A stretch of DNA of 64,000 nucleotides. Origin: an uncultured Lachnospiraceae bacterium. Its GTDB lineage: Bacteria > Bacillota > Clostridia > Lachnospirales > Lachnospiraceae. The notes beneath the pieces are model-generated. The model saw only the letters and a list, made by a program, of their open reading frames with translations, made no database searches and was not told the DNA's origin. Shown piece after piece: positions 1-8,847 of the stretch. The stretch spans positions 5,627 to 69,626 of the forward strand of contig CAJUGG010000032.1 in assembly GCA_910585995.1 (NCBI GenBank), given 5' to 3'. A program made the position numbers and the translations under genes. How positions within the stretch are numbered: the stretch's first letter is position 1; every line of letters begins with the position of its first letter.

Positions 1-757
1 CTTCTTTCAGACATTCTCCGCCGTCCTCCACGATCACGCCATAGTGTGGGTCGATATAATCATAGTCCTGACTATCGTATTTGTGGTTGGAAGGCGATAC
101 AAAGATCGGATTCAAATAGAGCACCTCTACGCCCAGATCCTGCAGATAATCCAGCTTATCCCAGATCCCCTTGATATCTCCGCCATAAAAATCCCGTACA
201 TCCATTGCCTCTGGCGGACGATTCCAGTCGGTGACTTTGCGTACACCTTGTCCAATATAAATGTATTCCCGGTCTTCCACGTCATTGGAGGTATCGCCAT
301 TGCAGAATCGATCCGTATAGATCTGATACATGATCGCACCTTTGGCCCACTTTGGGGTCTTAAACCCTGGCACAATGCCAAACGAACTGTACTCCTGCAG
401 GTTTTTTGATACCCCCAGCCGATTGTAAAAACACCTCTGCTGCCCTGTCAGTACCTCAAAAAAATAATGTATCGGACCAGTCAGCGGCTCCGTAGTATAC
501 GTATAGTAGTCGAAGCATCCAGTGCTATACGCTTTTTTCATGGGGATCTTACTGCTTCCACAGATAAAGAATACATAGTCCACATTGTCCATATACGTAC
601 GGAATTTAATCGTCACCCGCTCTCCATACTCTGGTTCATAAGGATCTAAATAACTGGCAGTTTCATCACTAAATAAAGCTTCTTTGTTCAGTACGGGTCT
701 CATATTCATCGCATACTGCTGAGTCCGCTTTGCCTGTGTAATCTTGTCAACGTCCAT
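1..757 (-). CDS. GH13 glycoside hydrolase (neopullulanase/cyclomaltodextrinase-like), 5' part; runs off the window edge
   Basis: Manual translation from ATG at 757: MDVDKITQ...TPKWAKGAIMYQIYTDRFCNGD...FYGGDIKGIWDKLDYLQDLGVEVLYLNPIFVSPSNHKYD, classic GH13 motifs; absent from the ORF track. Confidence 0.88.
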   Translation of the reverse strand, partial: MDVDKITQAKRTQQYAMNMRPVLNKEALFSDETASYLDPYEPEYGERVTIKFRTYMDNVDYVFFICGSSKIPMKKAYSTGCFDYYTYTTEPLTGPIHYFFEVLTGQQRCFYNRLGVSKNLQEYSSFGIVPGFKTPKWAKGAIMYQIYTDRFCNGDTSNDVEDREYIYIGQGVRKVTDWNRPPEAMDVRDFYGGDIKGIWDKLDYLQDLGVEVLYLNPIFVSPSNHKYDSQDYDYIDPHYGVIVEDGGECLKE

Positions 758-843
758 ATTGTCCCATCCCTTCAGAAGTTTTATTGCCTGTATATTATAT
801 ATCAGAAATTCTGATTAGACAACTTTTTTGAAAAAAGGGCAGT

Positions 844-877
844 AAAAAAGACAGCGGGGGTTAGTGCTGTCTTTTTT
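844..877. terminator. Intrinsic terminator, usable on both strands
   Basis: AAAAAAGACAGC-N10-GCTGTCTTTTTT inverted repeat with A/T tracts on both sides. Confidence 0.8.
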
Positions 878-942
878 AGGAGAAGGTATTTCTTGTTTCT
901 TATGGGGTGTAGCAAAAACTATATAATGTATTGGGGGTTTTT
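844..942 (-). ncRNA. Candidate small RNA with C-rich (anti-Shine-Dalgarno-like) motifs
   Basis: TATAAT on minus strand at 949-954, about 100 nt non-coding body with CCCCC, CCCC, CTTCTCCT and CCCCC motifs, ending in the 844-877 terminator. Confidence 0.5.
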
Positions 943-1010
943 ACGAGTATTATAGTATCACATCTCCCCGCCGAAGTGTGCACAAACTTCACAAAATTTT
1001 CACTTTCTTT

Positions 1011-2825
1011 TTAGCTATTCTGCACAAATAATGCTTCAAACTCCTCACGTGTGATCTTTTCCTTTTGCAAAAGCAGATCTGCGCAGGCATCTAAGACCTC
1101 TTTATGCTTATGAATCAGCTCTCTTGCTTTGGCATAGCACTCATCCACGATTCGCTTGACTTCCAAATCAATCTCGCTGGCAATCTGTTCTCCATAGCTT
1201 CTGGTATGCGCCAGATCACGTCCAATAAAGACTTCTTCGCTGTCATCTCCATAGTGAATCAGACCTAACTTCTCCGACATACCATATTTTGTCACCATGG
1301 CACGCGCCAGAGAGGTCGCCTGCTTGATATCCTGGGACGCGCCCGTGGTGATATCGTCAAAGATCAGCTCCTCTGCCACACGTCCGCCTAAATCCACGAT
1401 AATATCCTGCAGCATCTTGCCTTTGGTATTAAACATCTCATCCCGCTCCGGCAAAGGCATGGTATATCCAGCCGCCCCCACGCCGGTAGGGATGATAGAG
1501 ACTGTATAAACGGGTCCCACATCGGGCAGCAGATGGAACAGAATCGCATGACCGGCCTCGTGATAAGCCGTCACTCGTTTCTCCTTCTCGGAGATCACCC
1601 GGCTCTTTTTCTCTGCGCCAATCCCAACTTTGATAAAAGCTTTGCGGATATCCTCCTGTATCATATAGCCGCGGCTCTCCTTAGCTGCAAGAATCGCAGA
1701 TTCATTCAGCAGGTTTTCCAGGTCTGCACCCGTAAAGCCTGCTGTAGTCTGCGCTATCTGATGCAAGTCCACATCCTCACCCAAAGGCTTATTTTTTGCA
1801 TGCACCCTGAGAATCTCTTCCCGGCCTTTGACATCCGGCCTTCCAACGCCGATCTTCCGGTCAAAGCGCCCTGGACGCAGGATGGCAGGATCTAAGATGT
1901 CCACACGGTTGGTAGCCGCCATCACAATGATTCCTTCATTGACGCCAAAACCGTCCATCTCCACCAGCAACTGATTCAAGGTCTGTTCCCGCTCATCATG
2001 GCCGCCGCCCATGCCAGTGCCGCGGCGTCTGGCCACAGCATCAATCTCATCGATAAACACAATACATGGTGCATTTCTCTTGGCGTTGCCAAAGAGATCC
2101 CGGACTCTGGAAGCTCCCACACCTACAAACATCTCCACAAAATCAGAGCCAGAGATACTGAAAAACGGCACACCAGCCTCGCCTGCCACTGCTTTGGCGA
2201 TCAGCGTCTTGCCTGTACCAGGAGGGCCTACCAGCAGAACACCTTTGGGAATCCTGGCTCCCACCTTGGTATAACGGTCCGGATTGCGCAGAAAATCCAC
2301 AATCTCTTCTAATTCTCCTTTTTCTTCTTCCAATCCAGCTACGTCTTTAAAATTGGTCTTGCTCTCTCCGGTGCCGGTCATCTGTGCATGACTCTTGCCA
2401 AAATCCAGCATCTTGGCATTGCTTCCGCCACCGTTTCGACCCATGGTCATCACAATAAAAAAGAGCATCAGACCGCACAAAATCAAGGACATGCCATAAG
2501 TCTCAAAAAAGCCCGGCTGCTCGATCTGTGATATATCATATAACACATTAGCATCTTTTAATTCCTGCTCGATCTGCATTGTATCCAACACGTATACGGT
2601 CCCTACTGTACCATCCTTCAGATAAAACTCCACAGAACCTGTAGGGGTCTCCTTGTTGGGCTGTATCACAGCATTGTCAATCGTACCATCTTCTAGCATC
2701 TTGGAAAACTGTTGGTAAGAATACGTCGGCCGCTCCTGCAATTTCCCCTCAAAGAATACCAGTACCAGGCAGATCAGTATCAGAAATACCACATAAGTGC
2801 TGATTCCCTTCCATTGTCTATTCAA
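1011..2825 (-). CDS. ftsH: ATP-dependent zinc metalloprotease FtsH
   Basis: Two TM helices, Walker [12 protein letters not shown] region, HEAGH zinc motif; tilS-hpt-ftsH synteny. Confidence 0.97.
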   Translation of the reverse strand: MNRQWKGISTYVVFLILICLVLVFFEGKLQERPTYSYQQFSKMLEDGTIDNAVIQPNKETPTGSVEFYLKDGTVGTVYVLDTMQIEQELKDANVLYDISQIEQPGFFETYGMSLILCGLMLFFIVMTMGRNGGGSNAKMLDFGKSHAQMTGTGESKTNFKDVAGLEEEKGELEEIVDFLRNPDRYTKVGARIPKGVLLVGPPGTGKTLIAKAVAGEAGVPFFSISGSDFVEMFVGVGASRVRDLFGNAKRNAPCIVFIDEIDAVARRRGTGMGGGHDEREQTLNQLLVEMDGFGVNEGIIVMAATNRVDILDPAILRPGRFDRKIGVGRPDVKGREEILRVHAKNKPLGEDVDLHQIAQTTAGFTGADLENLLNESAILAAKESRGYMIQEDIRKAFIKVGIGAEKKSRVISEKEKRVTAYHEAGHAILFHLLPDVGPVYTVSIIPTGVGAAGYTMPLPERDEMFNTKGKMLQDIIVDLGGRVAEELIFDDITTGASQDIKQATSLARAMVTKYGMSEKLGLIHYGDDSEEVFIGRDLAHTRSYGEQIASEIDLEVKRIVDECYAKARELIHKHKEVLDACADLLLQKEKITREEFEALFVQNS

Positions 2826-2841
2826 AATATTTGCCTCCTGA

Positions 2842-2910
2842 TTTAAGTTCCGCTACAGTTGGAATAAGACCCCTGGGTCTTATTCCAACTTCCGCTGTTT
2901 TTTAAGTTCC
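2842..2910. repeat. 16-bp perfect inverted repeat flanked by 10-bp direct repeats
   Basis: AGTTGGAATAAGACCC-CT-GGGTCTTATTCCAACT at 2857-2890; TTTAAGTTCC at 2842-2851 and 2901-2910. Confidence 0.8.
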
Positions 2911-2925
2911 TCTTCTTCAAATTTT

Positions 2926-3456
2926 TTAGTCAAATACTACTACGCCGATGTAGGGCAGGTTTCTGTACTGCTGGGCGTAGTCCAGGCCGTAGCCGACGAC
3001 AAATTTATCTTCAATCGAAAATCCGGTGTAATCCACTTTTACATCTGTTACCCGTCTGTCTGGTTTGTCTAAGAGCGTACAGATCTTCAGGCTTTCGGGG
3101 TTTCTCTGTGCGAGAAGATTCTTCAGATGGGCCAGCGTGCGGCCAGAATCGATAATATCTTCAATAATAATCACATTCAGTCCTGTGATTGCCTCGTCTA
3201 AATCTTTTGCCAGCTTGACAACTCCGCTGGATTTGGTCGCAGCTCCATAGCTGGAGCACTGCATAAAGTCCATAGTAACCGGTATCGTTATTCTTTTTGC
3301 CAGTTCGCAGGTAAAATATACACTCCCTTTTAAAATGCAGATCAAATGTACACTTTTTCCCGCATAATCACGGCTGATCTCCTCTCCTAGCTCCTGAATC
3401 CTGGCGTCGATCACTTCTTCGTGAATCATGACTTCAATATGGTGTTTCTCCATCAT
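2926..3456 (-). CDS. hpt: Hypoxanthine phosphoribosyltransferase
   Basis: PRPP motif IIIEDIIDSGRTL; VVGYGLDY..YRNLPYIG. Confidence 0.96.
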   Translation of the reverse strand: MMEKHHIEVMIHEEVIDARIQELGEEISRDYAGKSVHLICILKGSVYFTCELAKRITIPVTMDFMQCSSYGAATKSSGVVKLAKDLDEAITGLNVIIIEDIIDSGRTLAHLKNLLAQRNPESLKICTLLDKPDRRVTDVKVDYTGFSIEDKFVVGYGLDYAQQYRNLPYIGVVVFD

Positions 3457-4828
3457 TTGTCCCTCCGTACTCTATCTTTTGTACTTTCAGTATCCTCCTT
3501 GTTTTCTCTGTGACTTTATAATTCTCGCTGATCCGCATCCCCGTCACCCAGATAATGTGGGCGCCGTCCGCTAACAATATACACTGATCCCGATCCTCTC
3601 TTGGTACTTTTTGGTCAATCAGATAGTCTTTCAGTTTCTTATGGACCCCTGGCGCCACCTCCAGATAATCCCCTGGCCGCCGGGTGCGTAATACAACGTT
3701 GTTTTTGATTTTATCATAATCAAACCACTTCGTATAGCGATTTACAGGAATTTTTACATTTTTCTCCCTATTTTCCAGTGTTAGCCGAAAATCTGCGCCC
3801 ATATAATGATATTCCTGACCTGGTTCACAGAATACCTCTATCGCCGTTTTTTCAATTTTATATTCTTTTTTTAGCAGCAGAGCTTCATATGCAAGCACCG
3901 CAAAACAGCCGCCTGGGAGCGTGAGACGACTTCCGTTTTTTCCGTCCAGAAGCTTAAGCACTTGCTCTACATGGATGGCTTCTGGTTTTCTCTCTTCTTT
4001 TGACAGCCGTTCCATCGCCTGCAAGAGCATAGCCTCCTGAAGAGCTGGATGCAGCGTCTGAAACTGTGCTCTTACGATCCGAAATCCTTCTCCTTCCTCT
4101 TGTACGCATCCTTCCCACTGCTTTTGAAGCTCTGCTTGGAAAAAATCTTCCAGTCTCTGAAGTCCTTCTGCAGCTTTTGCCATCCTTTGAATCGTCCCTT
4201 TACGAATCCGTTCCATAGGCTTTAACACCTGATGGCGAATCTGATTCCTGGTATATTCCAGTTCTTGATTGGTGGAATCCTCCACCCAGGTGATCTTTTT
4301 TTTCACCAACCAATCCTCAATCTCTTTTCTGGTCACGCAGAGAAAGGGCCGGATATAGGAGCCTCGCACCGGTTTCATGCCCCGCAGTCCCCGAAGCCTG
4401 CTCCCGCGCATCAGATGAAACAGCATGGTCTCTGCCTGATCATTCTGATGGTGCGCAAGCGCGATCCGGTCTACGCCGCTTCCTAACTCCTGCAAAAAAG
4501 CCTGATACCGGACCTTGCGCCCTGCCTCCTCCAGACTGATCCCTTCTGCCTTGGACACCTTCGGTACATCTGCCCGGACGATCCGAAACCCGATGCCCCG
4601 TTCTTGGCAGAATCTCTCACAAAATCTCTGATCCTGATCTGCTTCCTGTCCGCGAATCCCATGATGGACATGCAGGGCAGACAGGGTGATCTTATGCGTC
4701 TTTTGATACTCCCACAGAATCTCTAACAGCGCTGTCGAGTCCGCCCCTCCGGAAAAACCCGCCACAATATGCATCCCCGGCTGCACCATGTTCCATTGTT
4801 CCATATAACTGTGCACCTTTTTTTCCAT
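3434..4828 (-). CDS. tilS: tRNA(Ile)-lysidine synthase
   Basis: PP-loop SGGADS, AHHQNDQAET, RNQIR; start moved to ATG 4828 after AAGGAG. Confidence 0.95.
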   Translation of the reverse strand: MEKKVHSYMEQWNMVQPGMHIVAGFSGGADSTALLEILWEYQKTHKITLSALHVHHGIRGQEADQDQRFCERFCQERGIGFRIVRADVPKVSKAEGISLEEAGRKVRYQAFLQELGSGVDRIALAHHQNDQAETMLFHLMRGSRLRGLRGMKPVRGSYIRPFLCVTRKEIEDWLVKKKITWVEDSTNQELEYTRNQIRHQVLKPMERIRKGTIQRMAKAAEGLQRLEDFFQAELQKQWEGCVQEEGEGFRIVRAQFQTLHPALQEAMLLQAMERLSKEERKPEAIHVEQVLKLLDGKNGSRLTLPGGCFAVLAYEALLLKKEYKIEKTAIEVFCEPGQEYHYMGADFRLTLENREKNVKIPVNRYTKWFDYDKIKNNVVLRTRRPGDYLEVAPGVHKKLKDYLIDQKVPREDRDQCILLADGAHIIWVTGMRISENYKVTEKTRRILKVQKIEYGGTNDGETPY

Positions 4829-4858
4829 CCCTTTGCTCCTTTGTGTATTCTTTAACAA

Positions 4859-6268
4859 TCATCGTTTCCAAAGACCCACCACCAGGATTGTCATATCATC
4901 CATCACGTCTCCATACATCTGTACTTGCTCCATCAGTCTCTCGGCCATCTCTGCGGGTGTGCCCTGCGCAAGCCCCCAGATCAATTCTTTCATCACCTCT
5001 TCTTCCTCTCCCGCAGGCAGCGCACTCAGTACGCCGTCCGTCACCATAAACAGGATATTGCCGTCGTACATCCGAATCCGATATGGCTCTAAGAACAAGT
5101 TACTGCTCGTCCCCGCCGGAAGACCTGCTCGGTCAATACACTCTACTCCATTCTCTTTTCGGATAAAACTGGCGGCAGCACCCACTTTCAGAAAATCACA
5201 CACTCCGGTATACAGATCAATCGCTGCCATATCCACCGTGGAAAATATGGTCTCGTTGGGCTGCAGCACAATGGAAGAATTGATCATCCGAACCGCAGTC
5301 TCTTTAGAAAATCCCGCTTCTAAAAATTGTTCCATCAGGTCTAATACCAGTTCGCTCTGGTTGCACGCCTGCACACCGGAACCCATACCATCCGACAGGC
5401 CTGCATAAAATCTCCCCTCCGGAAGCCAGAAGACCGAAAAATTATCACCGGACACGGCCTCATTTTTGCGGGTCTCTTTCTTCATCCCATAAAGCACGTT
5501 ATAGGCTGTCCCTTCCACAAACAGCACTGTAATCCGTTCTTGTCCCACAAAAGTCCGGCTGTCCCTGGCAGGCATCATCTCATGTTCCATCAGGTCAGAC
5601 AAGATAGCAGCTACCTTTTTCACCGGCACACAGATCTTTCTCTTGGTATTCATCGTCACATACACCTGGCTCTTTTGCCCTTTGGGACTGTAGAAAAACA
5701 CCTTGTGCACCCGCACGCCCAGAAGCCGCAGACGTTTTCCAATCTCCGCCTCCAGGCGTCCGTCTTCTCTGGTACTATAGATCCTCTCCATCGTGCCCAC
5801 GAGAATCTGACTCATCTCCTGCAGTTGTCCTGCGGCCGCCATCCTGTTTTCATTCAGACGTTCCTGCATGATCCGGTCCCCCCGGCTCTGTCCGCTGGCC
5901 AGCTGCGGCACCATGCAAAAACTCCTGGACAACTGGGAAAAACTCTCCTGGTATTCTTCCATCCATTGTCTCACCGGATGGATCAGTTCTGTCTCCACGC
6001 CATTCTTTGTATCTTTTTGCATCCATTCTCCCAGATACCCAAAGAGAACCAGCACCGAACAAAAAGCAACTCCTTTGCATACACTAAAGACCATCGTCCA
6101 GGGCGCTTTGGCCAGCATATACTCCACGGTCAGTTCCATAACCGACAGGCAGCTCCCCGCTCCGATCCCCAGAAGCCATTTGTCCTTTCCATTCTCTTTT
6201 CTGCCAAATAAGACCACCAGGCATCCTCCAAGTACCAATGACAAGATATACTTTGTCCACTCCATCAC
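4859..6268 (-). CDS. spoIIE: SpoIIE-family PP2C phosphatase (short form)
   Basis: SGDNF, LSDGMGSG, VTDG and DDMT PP2C motifs; located between divIC and tilS. Confidence 0.85.
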   Translation of the reverse strand: MMEWTKYILSLVLGGCLVVLFGRKENGKDKWLLGIGAGSCLSVMELTVEYMLAKAPWTMVFSVCKGVAFCSVLVLFGYLGEWMQKDTKNGVETELIHPVRQWMEEYQESFSQLSRSFCMVPQLASGQSRGDRIMQERLNENRMAAAGQLQEMSQILVGTMERIYSTREDGRLEAEIGKRLRLLGVRVHKVFFYSPKGQKSQVYVTMNTKRKICVPVKKVAAILSDLMEHEMMPARDSRTFVGQERITVLFVEGTAYNVLYGMKKETRKNEAVSGDNFSVFWLPEGRFYAGLSDGMGSGVQACNQSELVLDLMEQFLEAGFSKETAVRMINSSIVLQPNETIFSTVDMAAIDLYTGVCDFLKVGAAASFIRKENGVECIDRAGLPAGTSSNLFLEPYRIRMYDGNILFMVTDGVLSALPAGEEEEVMKELIWGLAQGTPAEMAERLMEQVQMYGDVMDDMTILVVGLWKR

Positions 6269-6303
6269 GCAATTCCTCCTCCATACCTTTTTTTTGTATG
6301 GGC

Positions 6304-6370
6304 ATTATAGTCGGGCGATCTTCGCAATCTTTGTCATTTGGAAGTGGCTCGAAAAAAAAATTTTTCGACA
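6304..6370 (-). promoter_or_regulatory. Probable Spo0A-dependent spoIIE promoter
   Basis: TATAAT 6304-6309, ATGACA-like -35 with long 22-bp spacer, perfect 0A box TGTCGAA at 6364-6370. Confidence 0.55.
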
Positions 6371-6407
6371 TGCAAAAGGATGAACCTCTTGGTCCATCCC
6401 TGCCAGA

Positions 6408-6728
6408 TTAATTGTTAGGTTTAAAAATAATCTCATCTTCATAGACGAGACCCAGACGCTCTTTTGCCACATCCTCCACATATTTCTTGGTCTTGGTGTA
6501 GGCTTCAAAGTCTGCAATCTCTTCTGCGCGTGCCTCCTCTTCTGCGATGGCCTCCATAAGAGCTTCTTCCCGCTGCTGATAGGTCAGATTCTTCTGACGA
6601 AGCCGTATCCCGCCCACTGCGCTTACCCCAAAGACTGCAAGGACGATCAAGATAATCCCCCAGGCTCCTAAATGCATGCGTCTGTGCATTTTTTTATTCC
6701 GAATTGGTCTGTTAGTTCTGGCTGCCAT
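6408..6728 (-). CDS. divIC: Septum formation initiator (DivIC/FtsB family)
   Basis: Single TM, coiled coil, YVEDVAKERLGLVYEDEIIF. Confidence 0.85.
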   Translation of the reverse strand: MAARTNRPIRNKKMHRRMHLGAWGIILIVLAVFGVSAVGGIRLRQKNLTYQQREEALMEAIAEEEARAEEIADFEAYTKTKKYVEDVAKERLGLVYEDEIIFKPNN

Positions 6729-6740
6729 CTGCTCACCCCC

Positions 6741-7184
6741 TTAAGAGAATAAAAATATTATAAGCTCTTTTATCTGTTTTTTCAATTTCTTTTTGTAAAA
6801 ACGTGTGGCAATTCGCAGACCTTGTACTATTTTCCTATATAAAATGAGAAATGGCTTTAACAAGATACCCAAACACCAGTTCAGTATTCCTGCAATATGA
6901 GCAACCAGAAAATTGCTGAAGGTCTGGTGATAGAGCACCATGCCCGATGCCACAGCCAGAAGTGCATATCCCCGCACAGCACCATCATTTTCCCGATATA
7001 AGAGCTGGAAGATCAACAATGCAGTTGCAATCCAGTAGAGCACATCCTCCAGCGCTATAGCCCACACTCCATGGGGCAGCACTCTGCGAAAGATCCGGAG
7101 CAGATCATAGAGCACCAAGATAAACACGCCCCTCAGAACGGCCAGTCCAAAAAACTGCAGTTCTCTTGAGATTCCCGAACTCAT
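6741..7184 (-). CDS. yabQ: Spore cortex biosynthesis protein YabQ
   Basis: YDLLRIFRR...EDVLYW...NDGAVRGY; synteny. Confidence 0.88.
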   Translation of the reverse strand: MSSGISRELQFFGLAVLRGVFILVLYDLLRIFRRVLPHGVWAIALEDVLYWIATALLIFQLLYRENDGAVRGYALLAVASGMVLYHQTFSNFLVAHIAGILNWCLGILLKPFLILYRKIVQGLRIATRFYKKKLKKQIKELIIFLFS

Positions 7185-7490
7185 CTATCGAAACAGCCGG
7201 TTCAACAGCGACTCTCCACTCTTTTTAAAATCCGAGATCTCCGAATACTGGACGCTGTCAATCCTTCCTTCCAATTCAATCTCTCCTTTTTCCAGAGACA
7301 GCCGGTTCACATGCAGATCCGCTCCTTTAATCTGCAGCATCCCCAGCTCCGTCTCCAGAAGGACTTCTGCTATATCAAAAGAGATCACATCTGTCACACC
7401 TGTGATACTTCCTGTCCGGCGGTTCATCATATTGATCTTATGCGCACCTCTGTTTGGAAGATGTTCCTCTTGGGTTCCCATTTTCACCAT
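7185..7490 (-). CDS. yabP: Sporulation protein YabP
   Basis: ITGVTDVISFD...LETELGMLQIKGADLHVNRL. Confidence 0.92.
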   Translation of the reverse strand: MVKMGTQEEHLPNRGAHKINMMNRRTGSITGVTDVISFDIAEVLLETELGMLQIKGADLHVNRLSLEKGEIELEGRIDSVQYSEISDFKKSGESLLNRLFR

Positions 7491-7559
7491 GAAAAAGACC
7501 TCCTATATATTCTTTTAATATATATTAGGAGGCCGGTCAATTTATGACTTGTTTTTCCG

Positions 7560-7799
7560 CTATAAATATTTATATAATTCTTTCGCTTCTTCTTTTCTGA
7601 CGGTCTCCTGCACATCCAGCACTTCCACCTTCACGGCTCTCGTACCAAACTGGATCTCAATCACGTCACCTGCTTTTACGCTTAAGGAGGCTTTCGCTGC
7701 CTTTCCATTCACCAGCACCCGACCGGCATCGCAGGCTTCATTCGCCACAGTACGTCTTTTAATCAGACGGGAGACCTTCAAAAACTTGTCCAATCTCAT
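7560..7799 (-). CDS. yabO: S4-domain RNA-binding protein (YabO/RqcP family)
   Basis: MRLDKFLKVSRLIKRRTVANEACDAGRV. Confidence 0.92.
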   Translation of the reverse strand: MRLDKFLKVSRLIKRRTVANEACDAGRVLVNGKAAKASLSVKAGDVIEIQFGTRAVKVEVLDVQETVRKEEAKELYKYL

Positions 7800-7806
7800 C
7801 TGTATC

Positions 7807-8079
7807 TTAGTTCAGTGCATCCTTTAAAGCTTTTCCTGCCTTAAACTTCGGAGTCTTAGACGCTGGAATAGTCATTGGCTGACGTGTATGAAGATTCATA
7901 CCCACTCTCTCTGCTCTTTCAGATACCTCAAATGTACCAAATCCAACAACCTGAACTTTCTCACCTTTCTTTAATTCTTCTGTTACCACATCGATAAATG
8001 CTTTTATTACTTTTTCAGCATCTTTTTTCGTCATGTCCGCGTTCTCTGCTACTGCTGTAATTAACTCCGCCTTGTTCAT
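7807..8079 (-). CDS. hup: HU family DNA-binding protein
   Basis: MNKAELI...VGFGTFEVSERAER...PKFKAGKALKD; RBS GAGGAGG before ATG 8079. Confidence 0.95.
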   Translation of the reverse strand: MNKAELITAVAENADMTKKDAEKVIKAFIDVVTEELKKGEKVQVVGFGTFEVSERAERVGMNLHTRQPMTIPASKTPKFKAGKALKDALN

Positions 8080-8167
8080 GGTTATTTCCTCCTCAAACTT
8101 TCCTAAAGATGTATGCTTACTAAGCGTGTACAAATAGTTATAACGTTTTTCCTATTGTTTGTCAAGC

Positions 8168-8575
8168 TTATTCCTTATATTTGTTCGATATTTTGTTCGA
8201 TTTAGCTGCTCTCTCCGCTTTTTTTATCTCCTCCCACCGCTTTTTGCTCTCCTCCGGGGAACCATACTCTTCATCCCCAAATACATGTGGGTGTCGACGA
8301 ACCATCTTCTCTGCCAGTGTATTCACCACATCTTCCATGGAAAATCTGCCTTCTTCCTTGGCAATCTGCGCATGCAGAAGCACTTGCAAAAGCACATCTC
8401 CAAGCTCCTCGCAGAGGTTCTCATCGTCCTTTTTCTCAATCGCTTCGATGACTTCTTCACATTCATCTCTCAGGCAGGGAATCATACTCTCATGTGTCTG
8501 AGCCTTGTCCCATGGGCAGCCGTGTTCCCCCCGAAGCTCCCCAATAACCTCCAGTAGTTGTGGGTAGGTATACAT
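8168..8575 (-). CDS. mazG: MazG-family nucleotide pyrophosphohydrolase (single domain)
   Basis: GCPWDKAQT, EELGDVLLQV, RRHPHVF; RBS AAGGAG before ATG 8575. Confidence 0.88.
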   Translation of the reverse strand: MYTYPQLLEVIGELRGEHGCPWDKAQTHESMIPCLRDECEEVIEAIEKKDDENLCEELGDVLLQVLLHAQIAKEEGRFSMEDVVNTLAEKMVRRHPHVFGDEEYGSPEESKKRWEEIKKAERAAKSNKISNKYKE

Positions 8576-8641
8576 CTTGTCTCCTTTTTTGTTGTGGTTA
8601 GGTAAGGTGTATGTAAAAGTGACGCCGCGCAGGATTAATAA

Positions 8642-8825
8642 GTGTGGCCTGTGTAAGTCAGGCCGGCACAGGCTGAGGTTCTCAGTAGACCCGTTGAGAG
8701 GCGCCGGCATTTATGCCCTTTAGGGTACTTAATGAGCGCAAGCGGCATAGCCGCGCAGTCGCGAATTTAGTACCGCTGCTGCCTCTCATCGAGCGGGAGC
8801 GGGGTCTAATGGGAACCTCAGCCTG
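8642..8825. repeat. Long GC-rich imperfect palindromic element (REP/MITE-like)
   Basis: CAGGCTGAGGTTCTCAGTAGACCC (from 8669) pairs with GGGTCTAATGGGAACCTCAGCCTG (to 8825); inner stems TGAGAGGC/GCCTCTCA and GGTACT/AGTACC; extra hairpin at 8642-8669. Confidence 0.75.
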
Positions 8826-8847
8826 GGGCGGCCGTCCTGTGTACAAC

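Noticed and set aside
44..649. Plus-strand ORFs 44-409 and 467-649
   Set aside because: Antisense shadows of the partial GH13 gene on the minus strand.
8576..8710. N-terminal extension of mazG in the ORF track
   Set aside because: Runs into the palindromic element; the ATG at 8575 has a good RBS.
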